This document shows positions 16,137-24,878 of a stretch of 50,447 nucleotides of DNA, piece by piece. A program made the position numbers and the translations under genes. Source of the DNA: Acidobacteriota bacterium (lineage in GTDB: Bacteria > Acidobacteriota > Thermoanaerobaculia > UBA5066 > Gp7-AA6); NCBI GenBank assembly GCA_046728075.1, contig JBKPDV010000066.1, forward strand, positions 1-50,447, read 5' to 3'. The notes under the pieces were generated by a model. That model saw nothing but the letters and a program-made list of their open reading frames with translations, did no database searches and was not told the origin of the DNA. Every line of letters begins with the position of its first letter. Within the stretch, counting starts at the first letter, position 1.

Positions 16137-18813
16137 GCGGTTCCTGAAGTTCTTCGAGGAGCGGGGGCACCGCCGCGTTCCCTCTTCGTCGCTCATCCCG
16201 GCCCAGGATCCGACACTGCTCTTCACCAACGCCGGGATGAACCAGTTCAAGGACGTCTTCACGGGGCGTGAGAAGCGCGACTACGTGAGGGCCACCTCCT
16301 CGCAGAAGTGCGTCCGGGCGGGGGGGAAGCACAACGATCTGGACAACGTGGGGTACACGGGGCGCCACCACACCTTCTTCGAGATGCTCGGCAACTTCTC
16401 CTTCGGCGACTACTTCAAGGACGAGGCGATCCGGTTCGCGTGGGAGCTCGTGACGGATTCCGAAAAGGGCTACGGGCTCGATCGAGAGCGCCTCTGGGCC
16501 ACGGTCTACACCGACGACGACGAGGCGGCGCGGCTCTGGGAGAGGTTTCTGCCGAAAGAGCGGATCCTGCGCTTCGGAGAAGCGGATAACTTCTGGGCGA
16601 TGGGGGAGACGGGGCCGTGCGGGCCGTGCTCGGAGCTCCACTATTACCAGGGCGCCGATCTCTCGGGAAACCGGCCGGAGCTCGTCAACGGGGAAGGCGA
16701 CGACACGCTGGAAATCTGGAATCTCGTCTTCATGCAGTTCGAGCGCGACGCGTCGGGCAAGATGACGCCGCTCCCCAAGCCCTCGGTGGACACCGGGGCG
16801 GGGTTGGAAAGAATCACGGCGGTTCTCCAGGGAGCGAACAACAACTACGACACCGACCTCTTCCGCCCGATCATCGCGACAATCGAGGAAATCTCCGGCC
16901 GTCCCTACCGCGGAGGCATGGCGGTCGAAGACGCGCCGTTTCGCGTGCTTGCCGACCACGCGCGCGCGGTCAGCATGCTGATGGCGGACGGAGCGCTTCC
17001 CTCCAACGAAGGCCGCGGCTATGTCCTGCGCCGGATCATCCGGCGCGCGCTGCGATACGCGCGCCAGCTGGGCGTCGACGAGCCGATCCTGTACCGGCTC
17101 GCCCCCGAGGTGCTGGACCTCTTCGATGGAGTTCACCTGCGCAAGCTCGGGCCGGGCCGCTACGAGAACGGATCGGGCAACGCGATCGACGCGGCCGCCC
17201 TCTTCGGATCCACGCTGCGGGCCGAAGAGGAGCGTTTCGTCAAGACACTCTCGATCGGTATCGACCGGATCGGGGAGGAGATCGAGAAATTGCGGCGCTC
17301 GGGGGAACGAGTCATTTCGGGTGAGACCCTCTTTCGCCTCTACGACACCCACGGCATTCCGGTGGACGTCATCGAGGAGATCGCCGGGGACGAGGGGCTC
17401 TCGGTCGACCGCGCCGCGTTCGAGACCGCGATGGGGCGGCAGCGGGAGCGGTCCCGTGCCGCCGCGAAGTTCGAGGCGGCGGACGGCTCCGCCTTCGAGC
17501 GGCTCGAGTTGCCGGCCAAGCACTCGGAATTTCGGGGCTATCCGGAGCTCGACTTCGTTCGCCTCGCGGGCGCGAGGGTCGTCGGAGTCTTGAAAGGGGA
17601 CTCACGGGCGAGCGAGCTCGCGGCGGGAGAGACCGGTCAGGTCGTGACCGACCGCACGGTCTTCTATCCCGAAGGAGGAGGCCAGGTCGCCGACACCGGA
17701 ACCTGGAGATGGCCCGGCGGAGAGGCCTCCGTGACGGACACGCAAAAGCCGCTGCCCGGCACGATCGCCCATCGCGTCACCGTGACATCGGGCACGCTGC
17801 GAGACGGCGCCCTGGTCGACATGGAAGTCCCGGAGTGGACGCGCCGGCGAACGCAGGCGAATCACACGGGCACACATCTGCTTCACGCGGCCCTGCGGCA
17901 GGTCCTCGGGGAGTCGGCGCGGCAGATGGGATCGCTCGTCGCCCCCGATCGGCTGCGCTTCGATTACGCGGCGAGCACGCCTTTGACGCCCGCGCAGATC
18001 GCGGAGATCGAGCGGCGCGTCAACGAAGAGATCCTTCGCGATGGGGAGGTGGCGAAGGAATACATGTCCATGGACGAGTCCAAAGAGCGCGGGGCGATCG
18101 CCTTTTTCGGCGAGAAGTACGGGGAACGCGTCCGCGTGGTCTCCGTGCCGGGCTTCTCGACCGAGCTGTGCGGAGGATGTCATGTCCCTCGCACGGGGGA
18201 GATCGGCTCCTTGAAGATCGTCTCCGACAAGGGGCTCGCGGCAGGAGTCCGGCGAATCGAGGCCGTGACAGCTCTTGGGACGGTGGACCTGCTGCGACAG
18301 GACGAAGAGGTCCTTTCCAGCCTGACCGGCGCCGCTCAGTCTCCGCGCGAGGCGCTGCTGACGCGGTGGCAGGAGCGCGAAGAGAAGCTGCGCGCGCTCG
18401 AGCGGGAGGTCGCGCAGTTGAAGCTGAAGCTCGCCTCCGGCGATGCGGGGGGCGGCGGAGAGACCGTCGACGTGGACGGGATTCGTCTGGTCACCCGCAT
18501 CGCTTCGGGCCTCTCTATTCCGGAGTTGCGCAGTCTGTCGGACTCGCTGCGCTCCAGGCTCAAGAGCGGTGTCGTCATCGTGGGGACGGCGGGCGAGGGG
18601 AAGACCTCGGTCGTCGCGGCGGTCACAGCGGACCTGACATCGCGCCTGCCGGCTTCCCGGATCGCCTCGCGCATCGGCAAAGCGCTGGGAGGCAGCGGTG
18701 GAGGCAAGGCGGACCTGGCCCAGGCCGGAGGCAAGAACGAGAGCCTCCTGCCAGCCGCCATGAAGGAAGGGGAGGCCGCCGTCCGGGAAATGCTCGGGGA
18801 TACTGGGGGTTAG
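16105..18813 (+). CDS. alaS: Alanine--tRNA ligase
   Basis: 902 aa. FTNAGMNQFKD, SQKCVRAGGKHNDLDNVG, editing-domain HTGTHLLHAAL, and CGGCHV. Confidence 0.97.
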   Translation: MTTMKSTEVRERFLKFFEERGHRRVPSSSLIPAQDPTLLFTNAGMNQFKDVFTGREKRDYVRATSSQKCVRAGGKHNDLDNVGYTGRHHTFFEMLGNFSFGDYFKDEAIRFAWELVTDSEKGYGLDRERLWATVYTDDDEAARLWERFLPKERILRFGEADNFWAMGETGPCGPCSELHYYQGADLSGNRPELVNGEGDDTLEIWNLVFMQFERDASGKMTPLPKPSVDTGAGLERITAVLQGANNNYDTDLFRPIIATIEEISGRPYRGGMAVEDAPFRVLADHARAVSMLMADGALPSNEGRGYVLRRIIRRALRYARQLGVDEPILYRLAPEVLDLFDGVHLRKLGPGRYENGSGNAIDAAALFGSTLRAEEERFVKTLSIGIDRIGEEIEKLRRSGERVISGETLFRLYDTHGIPVDVIEEIAGDEGLSVDRAAFETAMGRQRERSRAAAKFEAADGSAFERLELPAKHSEFRGYPELDFVRLAGARVVGVLKGDSRASELAAGETGQVVTDRTVFYPEGGGQVADTGTWRWPGGEASVTDTQKPLPGTIAHRVTVTSGTLRDGALVDMEVPEWTRRRTQANHTGTHLLHAALRQVLGESARQMGSLVAPDRLRFDYAASTPLTPAQIAEIERRVNEEILRDGEVAKEYMSMDESKERGAIAFFGEKYGERVRVVSVPGFSTELCGGCHVPRTGEIGSLKIVSDKGLAAGVRRIEAVTALGTVDLLRQDEEVLSSLTGAAQSPREALLTRWQEREEKLRALEREVAQLKLKLASGDAGGGGETVDVDGIRLVTRIASGLSIPELRSLSDSLRSRLKSGVVIVGTAGEGKTSVVAAVTADLTSRLPASRIASRIGKALGGSGGGKADLAQAGGKNESLLPAAMKEGEAAVREMLGDTGG

Positions 18814-18880
18814 GCCATAGGACGCAGGAAGAATCGCGACCAGCTACGTCCTACCAAACACCTCTTCCAGCCGCGCAAGC

Positions 18881-18889
18881 TGCTATAAT
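18881..18889 (+). promoter_or_regulatory. Candidate extended -10 element (TGcTATAAT) upstream of the SLT gene
   Basis: TGCTATAAT at 18881..18889, 23 nt before ATG 18913. No good -35 box. Confidence 0.35.
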
Positions 18890-18912
18890 TCCTACTCTTC
18901 GGCACCCATTTA

Positions 18913-19611
18913 ATGAAGATCAGGATCGGCGTCGCTTTTCTGGTGGCCCTCGCGTGCTCTCTGGCCGCGCGGGCGGTCGTGCGCATCGAGGTGCGCGACG
19001 GCAAGACCATCGTTTACAACGACGGCATCGGAGAAGCCTCCCACGCGGCTCTGGCCGAGAGCGACTCCTGGCTCGCCTCCCGGATCCGCATTCCCTCGCT
19101 CTATGACGGGTTGATCGACAAGGCCGCCGAGGCCAACGCGATCGATCCGAAGCTGGTCAAGTCCGTCATGCTGATCGAGTCGGCTTTCAACCCGGTTGCC
19201 CGCTCGCGCAAGGGCGCGCGTGGGTTGATGCAGCTCATGCCGGAGACGGCCGTCCGCTACGGCGTCAGCAACATCGTCGACCCCGCGCAGAACATCTCCG
19301 GAGGGGCGCGCTACCTTCGCGACCTGCTCGACGTCTTCGGCGGGGATCTGGTCAAGTCTCTCGCGGCGTACAACGCGGGCGAGAATGTCGTGCTTCGCTA
19401 CGGCGGAGTCCCCCCCTATCAGGAAACGCAGCTCTACGTTCGCAAAGGATTGACCGCGTACTACGGCAAGTCCGTGCTCGGAGGGGGTTTCGGCCTGCCG
19501 AGCTCGCGAACCTGGGCCGCGCCGGGGCGACCCGTGCGCGTCACGCGCGACAAGAACAATCGCCCGGTCATTACGACCGAGCTCGCCTCGCGCGGGACGC
19601 GGCGTAGTTAA
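18913..19611 (+). CDS. Secreted lytic transglycosylase (SLT domain)
   Basis: Signal peptide MKIRIGVAFLVALACSLAARA. MLIESAFNPVARSRKGARGLMQLMP, AAYNAGENVV. Confidence 0.85.
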   Translation: MKIRIGVAFLVALACSLAARAVVRIEVRDGKTIVYNDGIGEASHAALAESDSWLASRIRIPSLYDGLIDKAAEANAIDPKLVKSVMLIESAFNPVARSRKGARGLMQLMPETAVRYGVSNIVDPAQNISGGARYLRDLLDVFGGDLVKSLAAYNAGENVVLRYGGVPPYQETQLYVRKGLTAYYGKSVLGGGFGLPSSRTWAAPGRPVRVTRDKNNRPVITTELASRGTRRS

Positions 19612-19635
19612 GCCCGCGAGAGCGGAGCGGCCGTC

Positions 19636-21171
19636 ATGTCGCGAGTTCCGGGAAGCCTTCCTCCTTTGGACCGCGGAATCTTCTTCGTCCACATTTCCCG
19701 CGCGCGCAAGCATCTGGCCGAGGAACGGTTTGATCTCGCGCGAAAGGAGCTCGAGCTCGCGGATCTGGCCAAGCCCAACGACGAAGAAGTCTTGAACCTC
19801 CTGTCGGTCGTCGAGTTCAAGCGGGGCTACTACAACGAGGCGGCGCAAGCCGCCAGGCAGCTCCTCGCCGCCAACACACACTCGGCGGTCCTCCATTGCA
19901 ACCTGGGGTTGATCCTGTTCAAGGCCGGTGTGCTCGGGGAGGCGGAGCAGGAGCTGCGCCGGGCGATCGAGTTGAAGCCCGATCACGCCCGAAGTCATCT
20001 CTACCTAGGTTTGCTCTATCGGATGCGCGGAAAACTGGGGCTCGCGGTCGAGCATCTGAAATTCGCGGGAGCGCAGCGCGTGGTCGGCGAAATCGAAGAG
20101 AGCCTGCGGCGCTCGCCTCGAGAGTACCCGGGTCGAGCTCAAGCGACCGCGCCCACGACTCCGCGCCTCGCCTCTCCGCGTCCTGTTCCCCTACCCGTGG
20201 AGCCTGCGCCCGCTGTCGCGGAACCTCCGGTCGCCGCGGAACCTCCGGTCGCCGTTGCTCCGCCCGCCGAACCGGAAAAACCGGTGGTGATCACCGCCCC
20301 CCAGCCCGTTGTGGATGCCGAGGAGACGAATCCCAGCTTTCGCCCCGCCGACAGGCCGGCGCCATCGGCCCCGGACGAAATCACGGAACGGGTCCATGTC
20401 TCGCCCCTGCCATCTCCGCCCGTTCCCGTGGCGTCTCCGGTGACGGAGCCGGGCTTGCCTCCGGGAGCGCCTCTCGACGCCACTCTCTCGCGCGAAACGG
20501 CGCCCGACCCGCGGCCCGGATCTTCCCCCTGGGATACGGGGGGCCGTCCTCTCTTCCACGTCCGGCCCGACGGAGGTCTCGAGGTGGCGTCGCGCGGGGT
20601 CGTTTTCGTGCGCAAGGGCTCGGTCGTCTGGTACAGCGGAAAAATACGATTCGCCGCCGAGCCCTCCTTCCGCGGAACCCGCCTGGAAAAGATTCTGCGG
20701 GCCGACGGCCGGGGATACCTGTTCGTCAACGACCCCGGTCGCGCGGCCTTTCGCCGCGATCTCGCCGGGCAATCCCTGTATCTGGAGGGGAGCCGTCTGC
20801 TCGCGCTCGATCACGGCCTCTCCTTCCGCCTGGAGCCGATTCATGATTTTCGAATGAATCGTCGGGTGGACATCCTGAAGATCCAGGGGCGCGGCAGCGT
20901 GGTCCTGTCCGTCGGAGGCCCTCTGCTGGCCCACGAGGTGACGGCGGAGTTTCCACTGAACGTGTCCTCGCGCGATCTGGTCGCCTGGACAGGCGACGTC
21001 GTTCCGTCAGTGCTCGAGGATCGTTTCCTGGAAGAGGTCATGATGCCCGACGTGGGCTCGGCCCCGAAAATTCGATTCGAGGGAATCGGAACGGTCTTGA
21101 CCGAGCCCCCGCGTCCGCGCCGGCGGGCGAGCGATCTGGCGAGGCCGTCGGACGCCGACCGGCGTTCGTAG
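19636..21171 (+). CDS. TPR domain - Pro-rich linker - AIM24 (DUF124)-like C-terminal domain protein
   Basis: N-terminal TPR-like helices (EAEQELRRAIELKPDHARSHLYLGLLY), the linker PVPLPVEPAPAVAEPPVAAEPPVAVAPP, and a C-terminal beta-rich region resembling AIM24 (ILRADGRGYLFVNDPG..., ILKIQGRGSVVLSVGGPL). Confidence 0.7.
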   Translation: MSRVPGSLPPLDRGIFFVHISRARKHLAEERFDLARKELELADLAKPNDEEVLNLLSVVEFKRGYYNEAAQAARQLLAANTHSAVLHCNLGLILFKAGVLGEAEQELRRAIELKPDHARSHLYLGLLYRMRGKLGLAVEHLKFAGAQRVVGEIEESLRRSPREYPGRAQATAPTTPRLASPRPVPLPVEPAPAVAEPPVAAEPPVAVAPPAEPEKPVVITAPQPVVDAEETNPSFRPADRPAPSAPDEITERVHVSPLPSPPVPVASPVTEPGLPPGAPLDATLSRETAPDPRPGSSPWDTGGRPLFHVRPDGGLEVASRGVVFVRKGSVVWYSGKIRFAAEPSFRGTRLEKILRADGRGYLFVNDPGRAAFRRDLAGQSLYLEGSRLLALDHGLSFRLEPIHDFRMNRRVDILKIQGRGSVVLSVGGPLLAHEVTAEFPLNVSSRDLVAWTGDVVPSVLEDRFLEEVMMPDVGSAPKIRFEGIGTVLTEPPRPRRRASDLARPSDADRRS

Positions 21172-21208
21172 CTGTCAGCTGTCAGCTGTCAGCTATCAGC
21201 TCTCAGCC
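21171..21208. repeat. Single heptad array, unit GCTNTCA
   Basis: TA-GCTGTCA GCTGTCA GCTGTCA GCTATCA GCTCTCA GCC. The G of the TAG stop of the TPR-AIM24 gene is the first base of the array. Confidence 0.9.
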
Positions 21209-21269
21209 AACCAGGTCTCGTCGAACCCTCGATTTCGTAACATTGTTATGCTCCACGACGGTCTTCTTC

Positions 21270-21297
21270 AGCTGTAAGCTGTAAGCTACAAGCTACA
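21270..21297. repeat. Single heptad array, unit GCTGTAA/GCTACAA
   Basis: GCTGTAA GCTGTAA GCTACAA GCTACA. It overlaps the TAG (21293..21295, minus strand) of the phosphohexomutase gene. It has the same strand polarity as 21171..21208, so the two are not complementary arms. Confidence 0.8.
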
Positions 21298-22762
21298 TCT
21301 CTGCTCGCGGTCGGACGCCGCGCTGGCCCGCAAAGTCGTTGAGTCGCTTCACCGCGGAGTCGAGGATCCGCTCGACCTTTTCGGCGTCCTCGTGCTCGCA
21401 GTAGAGGCGGATCAGCGGCTCGGTGCCGGAGAGGCGGTGGAGGAGCCAGCCGTGCGGGCCGAAGAGATACTTCACGCCGTCCGTGTCGAGCTCGCCGGTG
21501 ACCGTTTCCCCCGCGACGGAGGAGGGGACATCCCTGCGGACTTGTTCGAGAAAGCCGCGGACCAGATCGACGGAAAGATAAGCGTCGCGCCGGGCATAGG
21601 CAAACTCGCCGAACTCCGCGGCGAGCTCGGCGAGAGCCGCTTCGAGATTCCGCCCCTCCATCGCCAGGCTCTCGATCAGGAGCAGCGCGTTGAAGACCCC
21701 GTCGCGCTCCGGCAGATGAAAAGCGAAGGCGTATCCGCCGCTTTCTTCTCCTCCGGCGACGGCCGTCCCTGAATTCATGAGCTCGGCAACGTGCTTGAAA
21801 CCGATCGGCGTTTCGACGAGCGGCGCTCCGAGCTTCTGCGCCACCCGGTCGATCAAGAGCGACGTCGAAAAGGTCTTCGCGATGCCGCCGGAGAGCCCGC
21901 GGCGGCGAAACGCATGGAGGAGCAGGAGCGCCAGGACGCGATGGGGGGAGACGAACTGGCCGCTCCCGTCGAGAACGCCCAGCCGATCGGCGTCACCGTC
22001 CCAGGCCACGCCCAGGTCGCACCGTTCTTCGCGAATTCGCGCCGAAGCAGCGGAGAGATTCGCGGCGATCGGTTCGGGATGGACGCCTCCGAAGAGGACG
22101 TCTCTCTCGGCGCGAAATAGAACGACCCGGGTCCGTCCCGTGTCGAGAATGTCGCCCAGCATCGAGCCGGCGGCGCCGTGCATCGCATCGGCGAGCACGG
22201 TCAGGCTGGCCGCCCGGATCGCCTCGAGGTCGACGAGTGCGGCGAGGCCTTCCCGATACGGGCGCAGGAGGTCGACGGTCTCGACAACGGCGCGTCCGTG
22301 GGCGGTGCCGCGGCCGTCCCGGCTGGCTTTTTCTACTTGGGCGTAGAGCTCTGGCGGAGCGCTTCCGCCGAAATGCGCCTTGATCTTGAAACCGTTGTAC
22401 GGGGCCGGGTTGTGACTGGCGGTGATCGCGATTCCGCCGGCAAACCCGCCGCGGCGCACGTGGAACGACACGGCGGGAGTCGGCACGGGGCGGTCCGTCA
22501 GGAGGACTCCGATGCCGGCGGCCGCGAGCTCGTCGGCGGCGGAGCGGGCGAATTCCGGCGAGAAGAACCGCGTGTCGTGCCCGACGACGGTTCGCGACAC
22601 GTCTCCGGCGTTCCAGCTCGGGTAGAGGTGGCCGACGGCGGCGGCGAGGCGCCGGATCGCCGGAAACGTACAGCCCTCGGCGATAACGCCGCGCCAGCCG
22701 TCGGTGCCCAGGGGGAAGGAAGAATCGGGTGATCGGGTGATCGAGTGATCGGGCGAGCTCAA
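21293..22762 (-). CDS. Alpha-D-phosphohexomutase (phosphoglucomutase/phosphomannomutase family)
   Basis: FPLGTDGWRG, active-site loop ITASHNPAPYNGFK, metal loop WDGDADR, GGEESGG. TTG start shares TTGA with the upstream stop. Codons 3-13 are encoded by an octamer repeat. Confidence 0.9.
   Translation of the reverse strand: MSSPDHSITRSPDSSFPLGTDGWRGVIAEGCTFPAIRRLAAAVGHLYPSWNAGDVSRTVVGHDTRFFSPEFARSAADELAAAGIGVLLTDRPVPTPAVSFHVRRGGFAGGIAITASHNPAPYNGFKIKAHFGGSAPPELYAQVEKASRDGRGTAHGRAVVETVDLLRPYREGLAALVDLEAIRAASLTVLADAMHGAAGSMLGDILDTGRTRVVLFRAERDVLFGGVHPEPIAANLSAASARIREERCDLGVAWDGDADRLGVLDGSGQFVSPHRVLALLLLHAFRRRGLSGGIAKTFSTSLLIDRVAQKLGAPLVETPIGFKHVAELMNSGTAVAGGEESGGYAFAFHLPERDGVFNALLLIESLAMEGRNLEAALAELAAEFGEFAYARRDAYLSVDLVRGFLEQVRRDVPSSVAGETVTGELDTDGVKYLFGPHGWLLHRLSGTEPLIRLYCEHEDAEKVERILDSAVKRLNDFAGQRGVRPRAEM
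22724..22755. repeat. Octamer tandem array, unit ATCGGGTG
   Basis: ATCGGGTG ATCGGGTG ATCGAGTG ATCGGGCG. On the minus strand it encodes SPDHSITRSPD at the N-terminus of the phosphohexomutase ORF. Confidence 0.85.
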
Positions 22763-24171
22763 CGCCCCTCTCCGCGGGCAAACGAGGCCAGACGCGCCGG
22801 AGTCATTCCCTCGCGATCCAGGAACTCAGAGGCCTTCACCAAGCGGAAGCCGTGTCCGAGGAGGCCGTCGAGAAGCTCCGGTACGTGGAGCGCGACGGGG
22901 TCTTCCCGGTCGCTGCCCAGATGAAGCAGCACGATTCCGCCGTTCTCCGCGTTTGCAATCAGGCGGGCGACCAGGTGTTCCGACGAGCGATACATCCGCG
23001 AAGCCGGATCCGAGACCCAGTCCATCCCGTCCAGGCCGGCGCGTCCTCCGGTCCAGCCGACATGCCAGTAACCCGCCTCGGCCGCCCACGTCCGGATCTC
23101 CGCGTTCTGCTCTCCATAGGGCGCTCGCCAGATCGGGGACATGTCCCGTCCCGTCGCCTCGCGGTAGAGGTGCGCCGCGCGCGCGAGCTCCGCCGCCAGA
23201 TAGGAGCGGTCGACGCCCGAGCGGGTCGCTTGCCTGCCGTCCGCGGCATAGGTGGTCAGGTGAGGGTGGGTGTCGGTGTGGTTGCCGACCTCGTGGCCGT
23301 CCGCGGCGATCTGGCGCGCGAGGTCGGGATAACGGCGGATGAACTCGCCCGTCACGAAGACCGTCGTCCGGACTCTTCGAATTCGCAGCGCGTCCAGGAT
23401 GTCCCGGGCGCCGCGGCTGGAAGACCCCGCATCGAAGGACACCAGGATCTCTCGGCGGTCTGCGGGGCCGCGGGTCAGATCAGGGATGTGCAGAAGCGCC
23501 GCTCCTCCCAGATGCGCGGCGCTCGTCGGAACCCCCTTGCCCGCGTCCGACGCGCCGCTGGCAGTCGTGGAATCGGGAGCCGAAGACCCGGCCTCGGAAG
23601 GCGCCGTTCTGTCGGAGAGCAGGGACAGATCGGCTGGCCCCGGGGTTCCCGGCGAGGAGGAGAGGGAAAGGGCGCCGACTCGATAGGGTCCCGGCGCGCG
23701 GACGCCGTCGAAACGGAAGCGCCCGTTCTCGGCGAAGGCGGTCGCCGCGAGGCGCCCCTGCGCAAAGAGGAAAACGGCGTTGCCCGGGGCGGCGGTCCCT
23801 TCGATCCGGACCCCTCCGGCCGGATCGGCGCCGACAGACTCGATGCGAGCGCTGGCCGCGGCTCGGGGCCGGGCGAAGGGAGCGGGCGCGTTCAGGCGAT
23901 CGAGCTGCGAGACAACCCGCAGAGCAAAAAGCGTGGGAGCCCCGAGAGCGACCAGCACCAGGACGACCGCCAGCCGGGAGGAGACCGGCCGCGAGAGCCG
24001 CTTTCGAGCCTCGTTCCTCCAGGCCACCCGGCCGGCCTCCCGCGCGCATCGGGTGGAGCAATAGAGATGGCTCCTCATCCGAACCTCACAGAGCCGGCAG
24101 ATCGGGCGCCGGCAGTGATGGCAGCCGCGGTGCGCGCGCCGGCTGCCATGGACCGGACAGGGGACGTTCAT
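22759..24171 (-). CDS. Polysaccharide deacetylase (NodB homology domain) with N-terminal Cys/His zinc-ribbon-like module and TM segment
   Basis: VSFDAGSSSRGARDILDAL...TVFVTGEFIRRYPDLARQIAADGHEVGNHTDTHPHL. N-terminus MNVPCPVHGSRRAHRGCHHCRRPICRLCEV...YCSTRC. I chose the ATG at 24171; the track start at 24234 runs through a heptad array. Confidence 0.85.
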   Translation of the reverse strand: MNVPCPVHGSRRAHRGCHHCRRPICRLCEVRMRSHLYCSTRCAREAGRVAWRNEARKRLSRPVSSRLAVVLVLVALGAPTLFALRVVSQLDRLNAPAPFARPRAAASARIESVGADPAGGVRIEGTAAPGNAVFLFAQGRLAATAFAENGRFRFDGVRAPGPYRVGALSLSSSPGTPGPADLSLLSDRTAPSEAGSSAPDSTTASGASDAGKGVPTSAAHLGGAALLHIPDLTRGPADRREILVSFDAGSSSRGARDILDALRIRRVRTTVFVTGEFIRRYPDLARQIAADGHEVGNHTDTHPHLTTYAADGRQATRSGVDRSYLAAELARAAHLYREATGRDMSPIWRAPYGEQNAEIRTWAAEAGYWHVGWTGGRAGLDGMDWVSDPASRMYRSSEHLVARLIANAENGGIVLLHLGSDREDPVALHVPELLDGLLGHGFRLVKASEFLDREGMTPARLASFARGEGR

Positions 24172-24187
24172 GCGGGTATTATGAAGA

Positions 24188-24284
24188 GTCGACAGTCGAC
24201 AGTCGACAGCCGACAGTCGGAGAATCGCACTCAACGTGATCGAACTGCAAGAAACTGTAGACTGTTGACTGTAGGCTGTCGACT
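24188..24284. repeat. Inverted heptad-array hairpin, unit GTCGACA
   Basis: GTCGACA x3, GCCGACA, GTCGG, 34-nt loop, then TGTAGAC TGTTGAC TGTAGGC TGTCGAC. It lies between the divergent deacetylase and pgsA genes and ends 3 nt before the pgsA TTG. Confidence 0.9.
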
Positions 24285-24287
24285 TCC

Positions 24288-24878
24288 TTGAACCTCAATC
24301 TTCCCAACGGCCTCACGCTGCTGCGCATCTTTCTCGTCCCATTCCTGGTCGTCGTCCTCCTGACCAAGTTCGACGGGCGAGAGATCGTGGGGCTGATCAT
24401 TTTCCTGACCGCGACCGCCACTGACTTCTTCGACGGGTGGCTTGCCCGGCGGCGCGGGCAGATCACGACGCTCGGGACCCTCCTCGACCCGATCGCCGAC
24501 AAGCTCTTGATCTCGGCGGCGTTCATTTCCTTGGTCGAGCTGGGCCTGGCGCCGGCGTGGATGGTCGTCGTGGTGGTCGGCCGGGAGTTCGCGGTCTCCG
24601 GCCTTCGATCGATCGCGTCGGGGTACGGCCTGGTGATCCCCGCCTCGAGCTGGGGGAAGGCGAAGATGTTCACCCAGATCCTCGCAGTGTCTCTCCTGAT
24701 TCTGGCGATCCGGCATCGGGCGGTTCCCCTGCCGGTGATCGGCATCTCGCTCGAGAATCTCGCGCAAGCCGCGCTCTGGATCGTCGTGGCGGTCGCTCTC
24801 ATTTCGGGAACAGAGTATTTCGCGCGATTTCTCCAGCGGGTGATGTCGTTCACCGGGACTCCGCCGACACCCGAGTAG
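24288..24878 (+). CDS. pgsA: CDP-diacylglycerol--glycerol-3-phosphate 3-phosphatidyltransferase
   Basis: LPNGLTLLRIFLVPF, DFFDGWLARRRGQITTLGTLLDPIADK (CDP-alcohol phosphatidyltransferase motif). TTG start. Confidence 0.92.
   Translation: MNLNLPNGLTLLRIFLVPFLVVVLLTKFDGREIVGLIIFLTATATDFFDGWLARRRGQITTLGTLLDPIADKLLISAAFISLVELGLAPAWMVVVVVGREFAVSGLRSIASGYGLVIPASSWGKAKMFTQILAVSLLILAIRHRAVPLPVIGISLENLAQAALWIVVAVALISGTEYFARFLQRVMSFTGTPPTPE

Noticed and set aside
16090-17523. 477-aa minus-strand ORF, plus several plus-strand and minus-strand ORFs inside alaS
   Set aside because: They overlap the clearly identified alaS frame, have no recognisable motifs, and show composition typical of off-frame GC-rich translation.
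18818-18853. Hairpin TAGGACG...CGTCCTA after alaS as an intrinsic terminator
   Set aside because: It has only a 7-bp stem, a 22-nt loop and no U-tract, which is too weak to call.
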